64,000 nucleotides of DNA, taken from contig CAWAKC010000010.1 in NCBI GenBank assembly GCA_963782525.1, positions 128,001-192,000 of the forward strand, read 5' to 3'. The notes beneath the pieces are model-generated. The model searched no databases and was not told where the DNA came from. It worked only from the letters and a program-made list of their open reading frames with translations. The translations under genes were made by a program, and so were the position numbers. Source of the stretch: Candidatus Bathyarchaeota archaeon. GTDB taxonomy: Archaea; Thermoproteota; Bathyarchaeia; Bathyarchaeales; Bathycorpusculaceae. This document shows positions 50,301-59,958 of this stretch, piece by piece. The number at the start of each line of letters is the position of its first letter. The first letter of the stretch is position 1.

Positions 50301-50558
50301 GCTAAATGCTTCAATTAACGGAAAATAAGGAACGCCGGCATTACTCAAACACCGTCCCAACAAAACGTTAATTTCTTTCTTGCGAGCAATTTCGACAAAC
50401 TCATTAACCCGTCTAGTCTTTCCGCTTCCTGCTTCTCCAGAAATAACGATTGTCTGTCCATTAGCCTCCAGAACGGAATCTAAGGTCTTGTTCAAAGTGC
50501 TTAGTTCATTATTTCTTCCGACTAGGACTGGATTAGAAAGACCCAATCGTTTCACCAA
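47327..50558 (-). pseudogene. STAND-like AAA ATPase + TPR + Ig-like + wHTH protein, split into three ORFs
   Basis: LVGRNNEL, GEAGSGKTR (Walker A), VLEDIHWAD (Walker B), SQGNALFVVE, TPR helices, Ig-like VGDEFEVWLEIVN...GVYSFSPKIVY, C-terminal ELQRRGLVETR; frameshifts near 50155 and 48550-48645. Confidence 0.8.
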
Positions 50559-50758
50559 ATATAATGTATAGTATGAACAATTGATTTTTATTTAACAATT
50601 GTCCATCCTATTGTTGTTCTTTTATTTGACCTTGTCTTAAAAGAAGAAGATTGAAAAAATAGCACTTCTTCTCCTACCAATTAATCGTCTGTTTCTTTAC
50701 AGAACGCTATTTTGAATTGGACTTAATGGCTTTTAATCTCTATGTGGTTTGTTAGGTT

Positions 50759-51508
50759 ATGATAGAGATAAAGCAAGCGTCAGATGGTAATTTTGTTGTT
50801 AAATCGTCGGTTTCTGATTTCTGCGCTTGCATGGGCTACTGTGAAATTAGAGTAAAACATTATTTGAAAGGAATTAAGCCACCTGACACGCAAATTACAA
50901 TCGACGGCGTCAAATCACATGAGAAAGAAGAAGTTTACGAAAAAGAACACTTCACATTTGAACCTGTTACGCCCGAGGCGCTTGCGGATTTATCTAAGGA
51001 TATAGAGTTTGCCCGGGAAGGACTCTTTACACGTTTTCTGAGGGAACTCTGGTTTGGGGCAGAGAGGGTTTCGCTTTTACTCTATGGGCGAGCTGATAAG
51101 GTTATGCGAAGCAACGGGACACTCATCGTTGAAGACTCCAAGTTTCCAGCCACCAAACCCAAATACCACAACCAGTTTGAACCGTTTGATAACCAGAAAC
51201 TCCAAACTCTACTGTATTTGAATTCGAATTTTAATGAAACCGGATCTTTGGAAGAAAAGGAGTATTTTGAGGTTTGCTGTGAGAAGAAGGCGTGGATAAT
51301 TAACATAAAAGATAAGGTGACTTTGGAGAGCATCAAGATCTTTCAAGGCTACCAGACCAAAGAAGCAGAAGATTTCTTGAATGAAAAGATCCAAAGATTT
51401 GCTTTGTTGGCTCTGGGGAAACTTGAGCCCGAACACCATAATAATTCAAAGAAATGCCAAAGCTGCAGATTTGAAGAATGCGAACACCACCTGGAACCTA
51501 AAATTTAA
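50759..51508 (+). CDS. Solo Cas4/Exo5-like PD-(D/E)xK nuclease with Fe-S cysteines
   Basis: N-terminal GYCE, GRADKV...IVEDSK, QTLLY, C-terminal KCQSCRFEEC. Confidence 0.75.
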   Translation: MIEIKQASDGNFVVKSSVSDFCACMGYCEIRVKHYLKGIKPPDTQITIDGVKSHEKEEVYEKEHFTFEPVTPEALADLSKDIEFAREGLFTRFLRELWFGAERVSLLLYGRADKVMRSNGTLIVEDSKFPATKPKYHNQFEPFDNQKLQTLLYLNSNFNETGSLEEKEYFEVCCEKKAWIINIKDKVTLESIKIFQGYQTKEAEDFLNEKIQRFALLALGKLEPEHHNNSKKCQSCRFEECEHHLEPKI

Positions 51509-51649
51509 CCCAACCAACTAAACCAAGACCCATAAACCTTCTTTATATCTTATCAAATAATTATCTATACTTCTATTTGTCAGAATCAGTCCGTTAGTTT
51601 TTTTGATTCAATTGCGCAATCTTAATCTTCTACGGCTCATAGTCGAAGT

Positions 51650-51874
51650 GTGGAAAAGCAAATGAAGAAAGAAGAGGCAACAGTTTTATTAAATGAATTA
51701 GGCGCTAACAATCTCGTTAATCCCCGGTTAGTTCTTATTGAACACAATGAACCAGACAGATATCGATTGCAGATTAGAGGCGATTATGACCGTTCCGCAA
51801 TTGCACTATTTGTAAGAAAAAGAGATTTGTCATGCAAAATGAACAACAACTACTTGACTGTTTCCAAGCCATAG
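51650..51874 (+). CDS. Small hypothetical protein
   Basis: 74-aa ORF with plausible composition. Confidence 0.55.
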   Translation: MEKQMKKEEATVLLNELGANNLVNPRLVLIEHNEPDRYRLQIRGDYDRSAIALFVRKRDLSCKMNNNYLTVSKP

Positions 51875-52425
51875 ACTTTTTTTAAATTGAATTTTAATCC
51901 ACCCTTTAGATATTGGTGGCGTCCTAACAGTAAATTCAGAGAAAAGGAAACATCAATTATTTACTATCATTGGTTATTTTTTGGGTGCCTCTTCATTCGA
52001 AATAGGTAAAAATGTCTCAATTCTTTTGTTGGGTCTTTGACTTTTCTTTTGGACCTCTTTGAGTCTATATTTGAAGTCTGTTGTGTGTGTTATGCTATTT
52101 GCTTTGGATTTTTTCGTTGTCATTTCTTTCTACCTCTAAAAATTTTATAATTCGAAGAATTTAATTTCTTATAGGCGGGAAACATTGTTTCCATCTATCC
52201 CTTATCTGATGCGGCGGTGCATAAGCAGTTTTCGGTTTCGCATATTTCGCAAGGAAAAGTATGGATTAAATTTTAATCTTTTTTTTCTCTCTCTCCTCTC
52301 TCTCCTCTCTCAAACGCATACGAACGTACTCTTACTCACACTCACCCACACACACGTGCCTAATGTCAGTCTGTCACCCTGTCACTGTCTGGCAACCACT
52401 CGCAAAAAACAAAATTACTCAATGC

Positions 52426-53484
52426 TTACCGCTTGCGTTTCTTGAAGTAAACCAGTAACCCTATGCCTATAACAGCTATTGATACTATGGATGCCGTGAC
52501 TAATGTTGTTGGGAAAGGCTCTAATTGCTTAGGTTCAGGTGTTGGAGCAGGTTCTTTTGAAGGATTTGGTTGTTCTTCCATAAGACTTGTTGTCGGGTGA
52601 AGCCAAGGAAATAGTGAAGGGTCAAAAGAAATTGAAATAGGACTTGAAAGTGGCGATTTGTCAAAGATATTGCCACTGAATTCTTTGTGGGAGTTGTTCC
52701 AATAGTTAGAATATAAATTGTTGTTAGAGCCTTCTTGGCAGGAGACTCCTATATCATTATTGATGAAATTATTTTCAAAAATATTATTATTTGAATTAGT
52801 GCCATAACAATAGACCCCTATTCCAACATTACTACCGTTGTTATTGGTAATGTTATTTCTGTAAATGTTAGAGTAGCTAATAGTAACCCACGCACCATGC
52901 CAACCGTTTCCTGCGATGGTATTATATGCAATATCCAGAAAACTTGAATCCGAACTAGCAAACCCCGAGAAGAAGTTATCGACTATCTCATTGGCTATAA
53001 TGCTACAGTTAACGCTCGAAGACATACAAATACCTGACATTCCATTGCGTATAATGTTTTGAATAATAACAATATTTGTTGAATGGTCAACACTAATACT
53101 GGTGTAGCATTTATCGAACTTTATGTTTCTGATAGTGATGTTATCTCTATTTGGGATTCGAATGGATGGAAACCAACCAGTTGGCGTCATAAGCCCCTCT
53201 GTGTTAACTACAGGCGGTTTCATGATTGAAAAACCATTTCCATCAATTATGATGTTATCTTTTTGGACTTCTATAGTTTCGTTAATATGCCTAACAAAAG
53301 TGTAGATATCTCCACCTCGCTGTATAGCTCCGTTTCCTCCTTCAATAGTTCCATTTTCTGTTATGTAAATTGGCTTTGGCAGTTCAGGAAGCGGGGTAAA
53401 ATTTGCCCTTGACATAGGTATTGCTGATAACAACGTAATTGCTAATACTATTATGATTGTTGTTGCCAAGAGTTTCTTTGGCAT
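52426..53484 (-). CDS. NosD/CASH right-handed beta-helix surface protein
   Basis: Signal peptide, DNIIIDGNG, Asn-rich GI...NNI..N repeats, EPFPTT-TM-FKKRKR terminus. Confidence 0.85.
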   Translation of the reverse strand: MPKKLLATTIIIVLAITLLSAIPMSRANFTPLPELPKPIYITENGTIEGGNGAIQRGGDIYTFVRHINETIEVQKDNIIIDGNGFSIMKPPVVNTEGLMTPTGWFPSIRIPNRDNITIRNIKFDKCYTSISVDHSTNIVIIQNIIRNGMSGICMSSSVNCSIIANEIVDNFFSGFASSDSSFLDIAYNTIAGNGWHGAWVTISYSNIYRNNITNNNGSNVGIGVYCYGTNSNNNIFENNFINNDIGVSCQEGSNNNLYSNYWNNSHKEFSGNIFDKSPLSSPISISFDPSLFPWLHPTTSLMEEQPNPSKEPAPTPEPKQLEPFPTTLVTASIVSIAVIGIGLLVYFKKRKR

Positions 53485-53816
53485 TTGACGTTCCTGAGAT
53501 ATTATGGGGTAGGTTTGTTTAAGTGGTTTTTTGTCAAACTTTCTTGCCTAAGGTTTGTCAAGATTTCTTGGCTGACAAAAAGTTAGAGGGCTGGACTTCT
53601 CGGAGTCCATTCTTTCTTTTCAGTTCCTCAGTAAGCCCGTATACTCGATTCCGACTATACCTATATGATTTATTTTTCTATGTATGTGCGGAACCGTGTC
53701 TAAGCTGATTAGAGCCTTTTTTTGCCTGCCCCTGCCCTACGTGAAGTAGTTGGTTGGTTGGTTGGTTGGATTAAAATTTAATCCAACCAAAAACTCGCTC
53801 CTCTAGTTGTAACGTT

Positions 53817-54098
53817 TTATCCGAATTTCGCTAGCACTTGCCTTCCGAAGTCAGATATTTCGATGGTGTTGAAATCGTAGGGGCCATGTCTTTTTTCCGG
53901 GTCAGGTATGTCGATGAGCTTGGATTTTGACAGGTGCCTCACTGCGTCGTTTAGGGCTTCAGGCATCAAACCTGTTTTTTTGTGTAAGAGGTCCACCGTC
54001 ACCAAGAGGCCTTTCTCAAATTGGGAAAGGGCTATAAGGACTATTTTGGCTGTCGGGTCAATCATGTCAAAATCGTCTTGTTCAAAATCTTCAACCAT
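53817..54098 (-). CDS. Small winged-helix protein
   Basis: LHKKTGLMPEALNDAVRHLSKSKLID...ISDFGRQVL wHTH pattern. Confidence 0.6.
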   Translation of the reverse strand: MVEDFEQDDFDMIDPTAKIVLIALSQFEKGLLVTVDLLHKKTGLMPEALNDAVRHLSKSKLIDIPDPEKRHGPYDFNTIEISDFGRQVLAKFG

Positions 54099-54279
54099 TC
54101 AAAAACACCACTCGTAACTAGGACAGTCTCACATAAAAACCATTTGAAAAAGCCCAATCGGAAAATAGCCGACAAAAAATGGAAAAAGGTTGCAGCGCCG
54201 TGTCCGCGGTTTGCAGGGTTATGGCGGGTTCTTGTTGAGGGTAAACTTCTAAGCACAATCTTTTGAAACCTTAAATAAA

Positions 54280-54709
54280 AACACACAAAAAAAATCGCCG
54301 ACTCAATGGCTAACCAAATAGGCTGTGAGGCAATAAGCCTAACAGCAGATAGCCCTCAACCAACTGTAGATTTGGATTTGTACGACTTGGTTTTGGTTGG
54401 AACAGGACTCTTTGCTGGAACCCCCAACGAAGACCTCGTGCGGTATCTGAGGAACCTAAATTTTAAAACCACCAATTGTTTGCTCTGTTCATAACTTGGG
54501 GAGGAACACCAAGAACAGATAAATTGGCCCTAACAAGGCTGAGGACGCTTCTGGAAGGTAAGAGGCAGAAAGTGCTTGAGGACCATTTTGCATGTTATGG
54601 CGGCTGGAAAGGTATTCTAATGAAGAGGGGTCACCCCAAACCTGAAGAAATCAAAGCCGCCGGCGAATGGTCAAAAAAACTCGTTGAGTGTTTGGAAAAA
54701 TCTATTTAA
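54280..54709 (+). pseudogene. Flavodoxin-like protein, 5'-truncated and frameshifted near 54480
   Basis: NT.KKIADSMA remnant, YDLVLVGTG, FALFITWGG and GHPKPEEIKAA across two frames. Confidence 0.7.
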
Positions 54710-54799
54710 AAAAATAAGAAACACGTACAAGATTAAAATTTAATTAAAAAAATAGCTACTTGGTCACTCAACGGGAAGTTAAGGTTAAGATATGTTGAC

Positions 54800-55267
54800 T
54801 TATTTGCTCAATCCAAGTTGTTGCATGAAGCCCACAACATCGTAGAATAATCGTTCTTCAACGATTTCGCCGTCTTTCCATGTGACAACTGTGCAGAATT
54901 CGAGTTTCGCAGTTTTTCCTGTTGGCGGAATCATTTTTCCGTCTGCGCCTTTCATGGGTCCTTTCATGGGTCCTTTCATGGTTACGGTCCAATCAGCAAC
55001 GGTGCAGGTGTGATCTCCCTCGCCGAAAATGATCTTGTAGGGGTTGTTGGCGAGTTTGTTGTCGAATGTTTTGAAAAATTCTGTGGCTTCGACGTCGTGG
55101 TTGAAGCGTCCAACGGTGGGGAGAGGTTGGGCTGGCCAGAATACTTTGACGTCTTCTCGGTGGCGTTTCTTAAAAGTCTCCCAAAGTGGGCTGTTAGGTC
55201 CGGCATTCCAAGCATCATCAAGAGTCTTCATAAATTCAAGATTTTCTTTAACACCCAAAAAATTCAC
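54800..55267 (-). CDS. SnoaL-like ester cyclase / NTF2-fold protein
   Basis: IIFGEGD, TMKGP...IPPTGK, WKDGEIVEERLFYD...QQLGL; 12-bp in-frame tandem duplication (MKGP). Confidence 0.85.
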   Translation of the reverse strand: MNFLGVKENLEFMKTLDDAWNAGPNSPLWETFKKRHREDVKVFWPAQPLPTVGRFNHDVEATEFFKTFDNKLANNPYKIIFGEGDHTCTVADWTVTMKGPMKGPMKGADGKMIPPTGKTAKLEFCTVVTWKDGEIVEERLFYDVVGFMQQLGLSK

Positions 55268-55706
55268 CTATTCTCTATAATCCTAACCAAGCATAATAAC
55301 CTTGTTTTTTCGGATAAAACTTGAAAAAAACCTTGAGTGGCTGAGTAGAATTAAATTTATTCCGCATCTACCCAACTTCAATAAATTTCAGCGTTTTTCC
55401 AGTAGACTTATAACAAGATTCCAAGAATGGATGAAGCATGAGATGTAAGAACTGCGGACACCTTATCTGGATTGAAAAGGAAGATGCCAACAGAAACCCG
55501 GTTTATAAACACAAACAATCTAACCATAGCATGTACTGCCCCTGCAGGAAACCTGAACCAGCATAGTTTTATTTTCAACCGTTCATTTTTGTGCATTAAA
55601 ATTTAATTCAACCAACCACTCCCTTTACCAATTTAGGGTAATCGTATGGTCGGAATCGAGACTACGGCAATGACTCAGGATTCAGAAACCTTAAATCAAA
55701 TTCGCT

Positions 55707-56411
55707 TTGATACAAATGAAACCTATTGTGAAATATTCTACTCTAATTTTCGGATTCATCGCAACTTTGGGAATTGCATTACTCACATTTTTCCTAACGG
55801 CTGCATATTTGGCATGTACTTATTCATCTGAAATCTTAACGCTCGAAGCTCTAGTACCAAGTTCAATTTTAGGACATTTTTGGGTGCTCTTTTTAATCTT
55901 TGGAACAGGCTTTTTGATGGTTGGAATATTGGGCATTGGAAGGCAACGCATAAAGAATAAGAGGACACTTTTTACGGTACTTACGGTTGCATTGACTCCA
56001 ATTCTAGTTTTTGCCTTGTTTTTTTCAGTGGTTCTTGCCACTACCTATCCCGTATTAAGCGATCCCCCAGAAAGGATGGCTATAATCAACGTTTCATTAA
56101 TTTCTACTAATCCTCTCGTTATCTCGCTCGACGCAAAATCATTCTACATGGCTGACATATGGTTTGACTATGCATGCGTCAAAGACTGCAATCAAACCAC
56201 GGTAGGGTCAATTATAGGTGAAATGGTTGAGGCTCAAAAGCCAAATAGCACACCATATTGGACATTTCAATTTGCAGCTCGATTACCCGCTGCATCAGAA
56301 AAGATACTGACTCTAAATTTCAACACTACGCTGCCTTCAGGAGAGTACAGTGTATGGCTTCACAGTTATAGACAAAGTACATTCACTACTCTTTATTTCA
56401 GCATACCATAA
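55707..56411 (+). CDS. Three-TM membrane protein with extracellular Ig-like domain
   Basis: Three hydrophobic segments, then a beta-rich domain (TLPSGEYSVWL). Confidence 0.7.
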   Translation: MIQMKPIVKYSTLIFGFIATLGIALLTFFLTAAYLACTYSSEILTLEALVPSSILGHFWVLFLIFGTGFLMVGILGIGRQRIKNKRTLFTVLTVALTPILVFALFFSVVLATTYPVLSDPPERMAIINVSLISTNPLVISLDAKSFYMADIWFDYACVKDCNQTTVGSIIGEMVEAQKPNSTPYWTFQFAARLPAASEKILTLNFNTTLPSGEYSVWLHSYRQSTFTTLYFSIP

Positions 56412-56443
56412 CTCCAAACTCATTAAGAGATAATGATGATGGT

Positions 56444-56485
56444 GATGATGCAAACCAATTTTGTATAACAGTGTCATCTATCAGA
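56444..56485 (-). repeat. Dispersed repeat family A, diverged copy
   Basis: Reverse complement GATAGATGACACTGTTATACAAAATTGGTTTGCATC resembles the reverse complement of 570-610. Confidence 0.45.
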
Positions 56486-56549
56486 ATTAAACACAAATTA
56501 TACAATTTAGCCCTCTTGCTAAATTTAAAATTGGATAAAAACTTTGGGA

Positions 56550-59141
56550 TTATTTATTTTTGAATATGAGTTGACCGTTTTTTTCATCCACGATAATCGT
56601 TGTGTCTTTGTTGACTTTTTCAGATAACATCATCTTTGAAAGTTCGTTTAGGATGTCTTTTTGGATAACACGTTTTATTGGTCTGGCGCCGAATTGAGGA
56701 TCAAATCCAACATTGGCAATGTAGTCTATGGCTTTTTTGGTGGCTGAAAGTTTTATGTTGTTTTTTTCAAGCATTTGCTCAACTTGTCGTAGCTGCAACT
56801 CCACTATTTTCCGAATTTCCTCTTGGGTGAGGGGTTGAAACATAATTATTTCGTCGATTCGGTTGAGGAATTCTGGTTTGATGCTTTTCTTGAGTAACTC
56901 AAAAACTTGCTCTTTGGTTTGATTTAGGATGTGCTCTCGGTTTTCAGATGTAATTTTTTCCAGGTTTTCTTGGATGAGGTGGGAGCCTATGTTTGACGTC
57001 ATAATGATGATGGTGTTTTTGAAATCGACTGTTCGACCTTTATTATCAGTCAATCGACCATCATCGAGAACCTGCAGTAAAATATTGAAAACATCCGGAT
57101 GGGCCTTCTCGATTTCATCAAGCAAAACAACAGCGTAAGGCTTTCTTCGCACCGCTTCAGTTAACTGTCCGCTTTCTTCATAGCCAACATAACCCGGCGG
57201 GGCACCCACAAGCCGAGAAACGGTATGCCGCTCCTGATACTCCGACATATCAATCCGAACCATATTGTTCTCGTTGTTGAATAGAAACTCTGCTAAAGCC
57301 TTGGCTAATTCAGTTTTTCCAACCCCAGTGGTACCTAAGAAAATAAAAGACCCAATTGGGCGCTTAGGATCTTGCAGGCCAGCGCGACTCCGCCGCAACG
57401 CATCAGAAACCGCTTGGATTGCTTCATCCTGCCCAACAACCCTCATGTGAAGCTCAGTTTCTATGTTTAGCAGCTTTTGCTTCTCAGTCTGTAGCATACG
57501 ACTAACAGGAATTCCCGTCCAGCAAGAAACAACCTCAGCAATTTCCTCCCCACCTACCTCTTCATTTACCAGCGCTGAATCCTTCTGTAACTCTGTTAAT
57601 TTTTTCTTCAAATCCTCAATCGCTTTAGTCGCATTGGGAATTCTGCCATACCGAATCTCGGCAACCCTTCCAAGATCGCCCCGACGGTTAGCATTTTCCT
57701 CTTCAAATTTTAACTGTTCAATCTCATTTTTCTTTGCTTGAATCTGATCAACAATTTCTTTCTCAGCATGCCACTTTGCCCGTAAACTATTGCGTTGCTC
57801 AGTTAAATTTGAGATTTCCTGATTTAGCGACTTGAGCTTAACTTCATTTTTTTCTTGTTTGATGGCTTCACGTTCAATTTCCAACTGCCGAATCTTCCGA
57901 TCAACATCCTCAAGTTCCTGAGGCTCAGAATTGATTTCAAGCTCCAACTTAGAAGCCGCTTCATCAATCAAATCAATCGCTTTATCGGGCAGAAAACGCT
58001 CAGTAATATACCGAGAAGATAACTCAGCAGCTGCAATTATTGCATCATCTCTAATTCGAACGTGATGATACACTTCGTAACGCTCTTTTAAACCTCGAAG
58101 GATAGAGATGGTGTCCAAAACATTAGGTTCATTAACCATAACAGGCTGAAAACGTCTCTCTAAAGCCTTGTCTTTCTCAAAATACTTCTGATATTCCTTC
58201 AAAGTCGTTGCACCAATAGCACGCAACTCGCCTCGCGCCAACGCAGGCTTAAGAATATTAGCCGCATCCATAGCGCCCTCGCCGCCGCCTGCCCCAACAA
58301 GCGTATGAATCTCATCGATGAAAAGCAAGATATCACCCTCTGCTCCCACGACTTCCTTAATTACACTCTTCAAACGCTCCTCAAATTCTCCCTTGTACTT
58401 GGCACCAGCAATCAAAGCACCCATATCAAGAGAAAAAACCTGCTTTGACTTCAAATTCTCAGGAACATCACCATTAATTATGCGCTGAGCAAGGCCCTCA
58501 ACGATAGCTGTTTTACCCACACCCGGCTCGCCGATCAATATAGGATTGTTCTTTGTCCGTCTAGACAGAATCTGAAGAACCCGCCGAATTTCACTGTCAC
58601 GGCCTATAACTGGATCTAATTTTCCAGCCTGAGCCATACTGTTTAAGTTGATGGCGTACTTGTTGAGGGCATTGTAAGTTTCTTCTGCAGTCGCCGAATT
58701 AACAGAAGACCCCTTACGCAACTGACTAATCGCAGACTTGAGATCTTTTTCATTAACACCACTACTTTTGAGCAAACGCGAAGCAGAATCATTCAACGAC
58801 AATATAGCCAACAACAATTGCTCTATCGAAACAAACTCATCCTTAGCAGCCGAAGCCAACTCTTGAGCCTTATGAACTGCCTTATTGGAATTTGATGAAA
58901 GATACTGTTCTCCCCCGCTAACTTTAGGTAAAGAATCAATTTCCTTATCAAGCAACCCTGAGAAAGAGTCAGAGTTGACACCAAGTTTTCTAAGCAAGAA
59001 AGGAACCACATTCTCATCAACAAGCAAGATCCCCTTTAGCAAATGAAGCGGCTCAACAGCCTGATTGCGACCTACAGAAGCAATTTCTACAGCCTTCTGA
59101 ATAGCTTCCTGCGATTTAACCGTAAAATTATTCAAACTCAT
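56550..59141 (-). CDS. clpB: ATP-dependent disaggregase ClpB
   Basis: Clp-N repeats, GKLDPVIGRDSEIRR, GEPGVGKT, coiled-coil M domain, GTTGVGKT, RIDMSEY, GARPIKR; ATG 59141 follows a GGTGG SD. Confidence 0.97.
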   Translation of the reverse strand: MSLNNFTVKSQEAIQKAVEIASVGRNQAVEPLHLLKGILLVDENVVPFLLRKLGVNSDSFSGLLDKEIDSLPKVSGGEQYLSSNSNKAVHKAQELASAAKDEFVSIEQLLLAILSLNDSASRLLKSSGVNEKDLKSAISQLRKGSSVNSATAEETYNALNKYAINLNSMAQAGKLDPVIGRDSEIRRVLQILSRRTKNNPILIGEPGVGKTAIVEGLAQRIINGDVPENLKSKQVFSLDMGALIAGAKYKGEFEERLKSVIKEVVGAEGDILLFIDEIHTLVGAGGGEGAMDAANILKPALARGELRAIGATTLKEYQKYFEKDKALERRFQPVMVNEPNVLDTISILRGLKERYEVYHHVRIRDDAIIAAAELSSRYITERFLPDKAIDLIDEAASKLELEINSEPQELEDVDRKIRQLEIEREAIKQEKNEVKLKSLNQEISNLTEQRNSLRAKWHAEKEIVDQIQAKKNEIEQLKFEEENANRRGDLGRVAEIRYGRIPNATKAIEDLKKKLTELQKDSALVNEEVGGEEIAEVVSCWTGIPVSRMLQTEKQKLLNIETELHMRVVGQDEAIQAVSDALRRSRAGLQDPKRPIGSFIFLGTTGVGKTELAKALAEFLFNNENNMVRIDMSEYQERHTVSRLVGAPPGYVGYEESGQLTEAVRRKPYAVVLLDEIEKAHPDVFNILLQVLDDGRLTDNKGRTVDFKNTIIIMTSNIGSHLIQENLEKITSENREHILNQTKEQVFELLKKSIKPEFLNRIDEIIMFQPLTQEEIRKIVELQLRQVEQMLEKNNIKLSATKKAIDYIANVGFDPQFGARPIKRVIQKDILNELSKMMLSEKVNKDTTIIVDEKNGQLIFKNK

Positions 59142-59438
59142 GCTAACCACCAAAATTATTGGTAAGTCGACTAAACTCTACAAAACCAGAAATGATTTCC
59201 CCCAATTAAAGTTTTAGGCAAAAACCACAAAAAAACTGGATACTAAAAAGCCATCCAGCATCACAATCCTGATGCTTTCTTTTAACTTCAAGATGGTTGA
59301 TAGTTCGCTTCTTCCACCAATTAACTAACGTTCGCGTTAAAAAATTAGCCAAGTTAAAAGAAGAAAAAACTGGTCTATATATAAGACGTTTTTTTCCTTA
59401 AAAGAATCCTTATATGCCATTTTCTGTAGTAGGCTTGC

Positions 59439-59906
59439 ATGGCAGAACCAAAAGATGGTCGACCTATTTTCTTCCCTAAAAAATTAGTTTTGCTCGGCAA
59501 TCTCGCCCTTTTTGTGTGGATTGTTCTTGACGCAGTCGCCTTTCTACTATTTGATTTAACGGTTGGCATTGTGTTTCTTTTGGCGACGCTGATCTTAATT
59601 TATGGTTTACTGCACATTCTCGGTTGTCTGCGACCATGCTACAACTGCATAAAATGCACTCACGGCATGGGACGCCTGGCTGCATTGTACTTTGGCAAAC
59701 GCATCTTCAAAGACTACAAATACAGCTACAAACTGCCCACAGCAATATTCTTCACTCTATATATTGGGGCGTTTCCAGCAGCATTCGCACTCTACTCAGC
59801 AGTCATAGATTTCACAGTCGTCAAAGTAGCGATTTTTGTGGTTCTTTTGGTGTTTACAATCTATAGCGCCTTAACCTGGCAAACCAAAAAACGCTCGAGC
59901 CCATAG
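59439..59906 (+). CDS. Four-TM membrane protein with Cys cluster
   Basis: GCLRPCYNCIKCTHGMGRLAAL between two TM pairs. Confidence 0.75.
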   Translation: MAEPKDGRPIFFPKKLVLLGNLALFVWIVLDAVAFLLFDLTVGIVFLLATLILIYGLLHILGCLRPCYNCIKCTHGMGRLAALYFGKRIFKDYKYSYKLPTAIFFTLYIGAFPAAFALYSAVIDFTVVKVAIFVVLLVFTIYSALTWQTKKRSSP

Positions 59907-59958
59907 AGACAAAATTTTCACTGAAGCTGCAAATCCATAACTTGAAAACATGACGTTT

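Noticed and set aside
52278-52357. CT and CA microsatellite-like tract (also TTGG x5 at ~53750)
   Set aside because: Simple low-complexity sequence with no supportable function; the overlapping 86-aa ORF looks spurious.
54949-54981. 12-bp in-frame tandem duplication (MKGP) in the SnoaL-like gene
   Set aside because: The DNA copies are identical, consistent with recent slippage in a loop, unlike the synonymously diverged precursor repeats.
55525-55562. Possible tRNA 3' fragment or att site (reverse strand GGTTCAGGTTTCCTGCAGGGGCAG)
   Set aside because: The T-loop and acceptor stem do not fit the consensus and no cloverleaf can be built.
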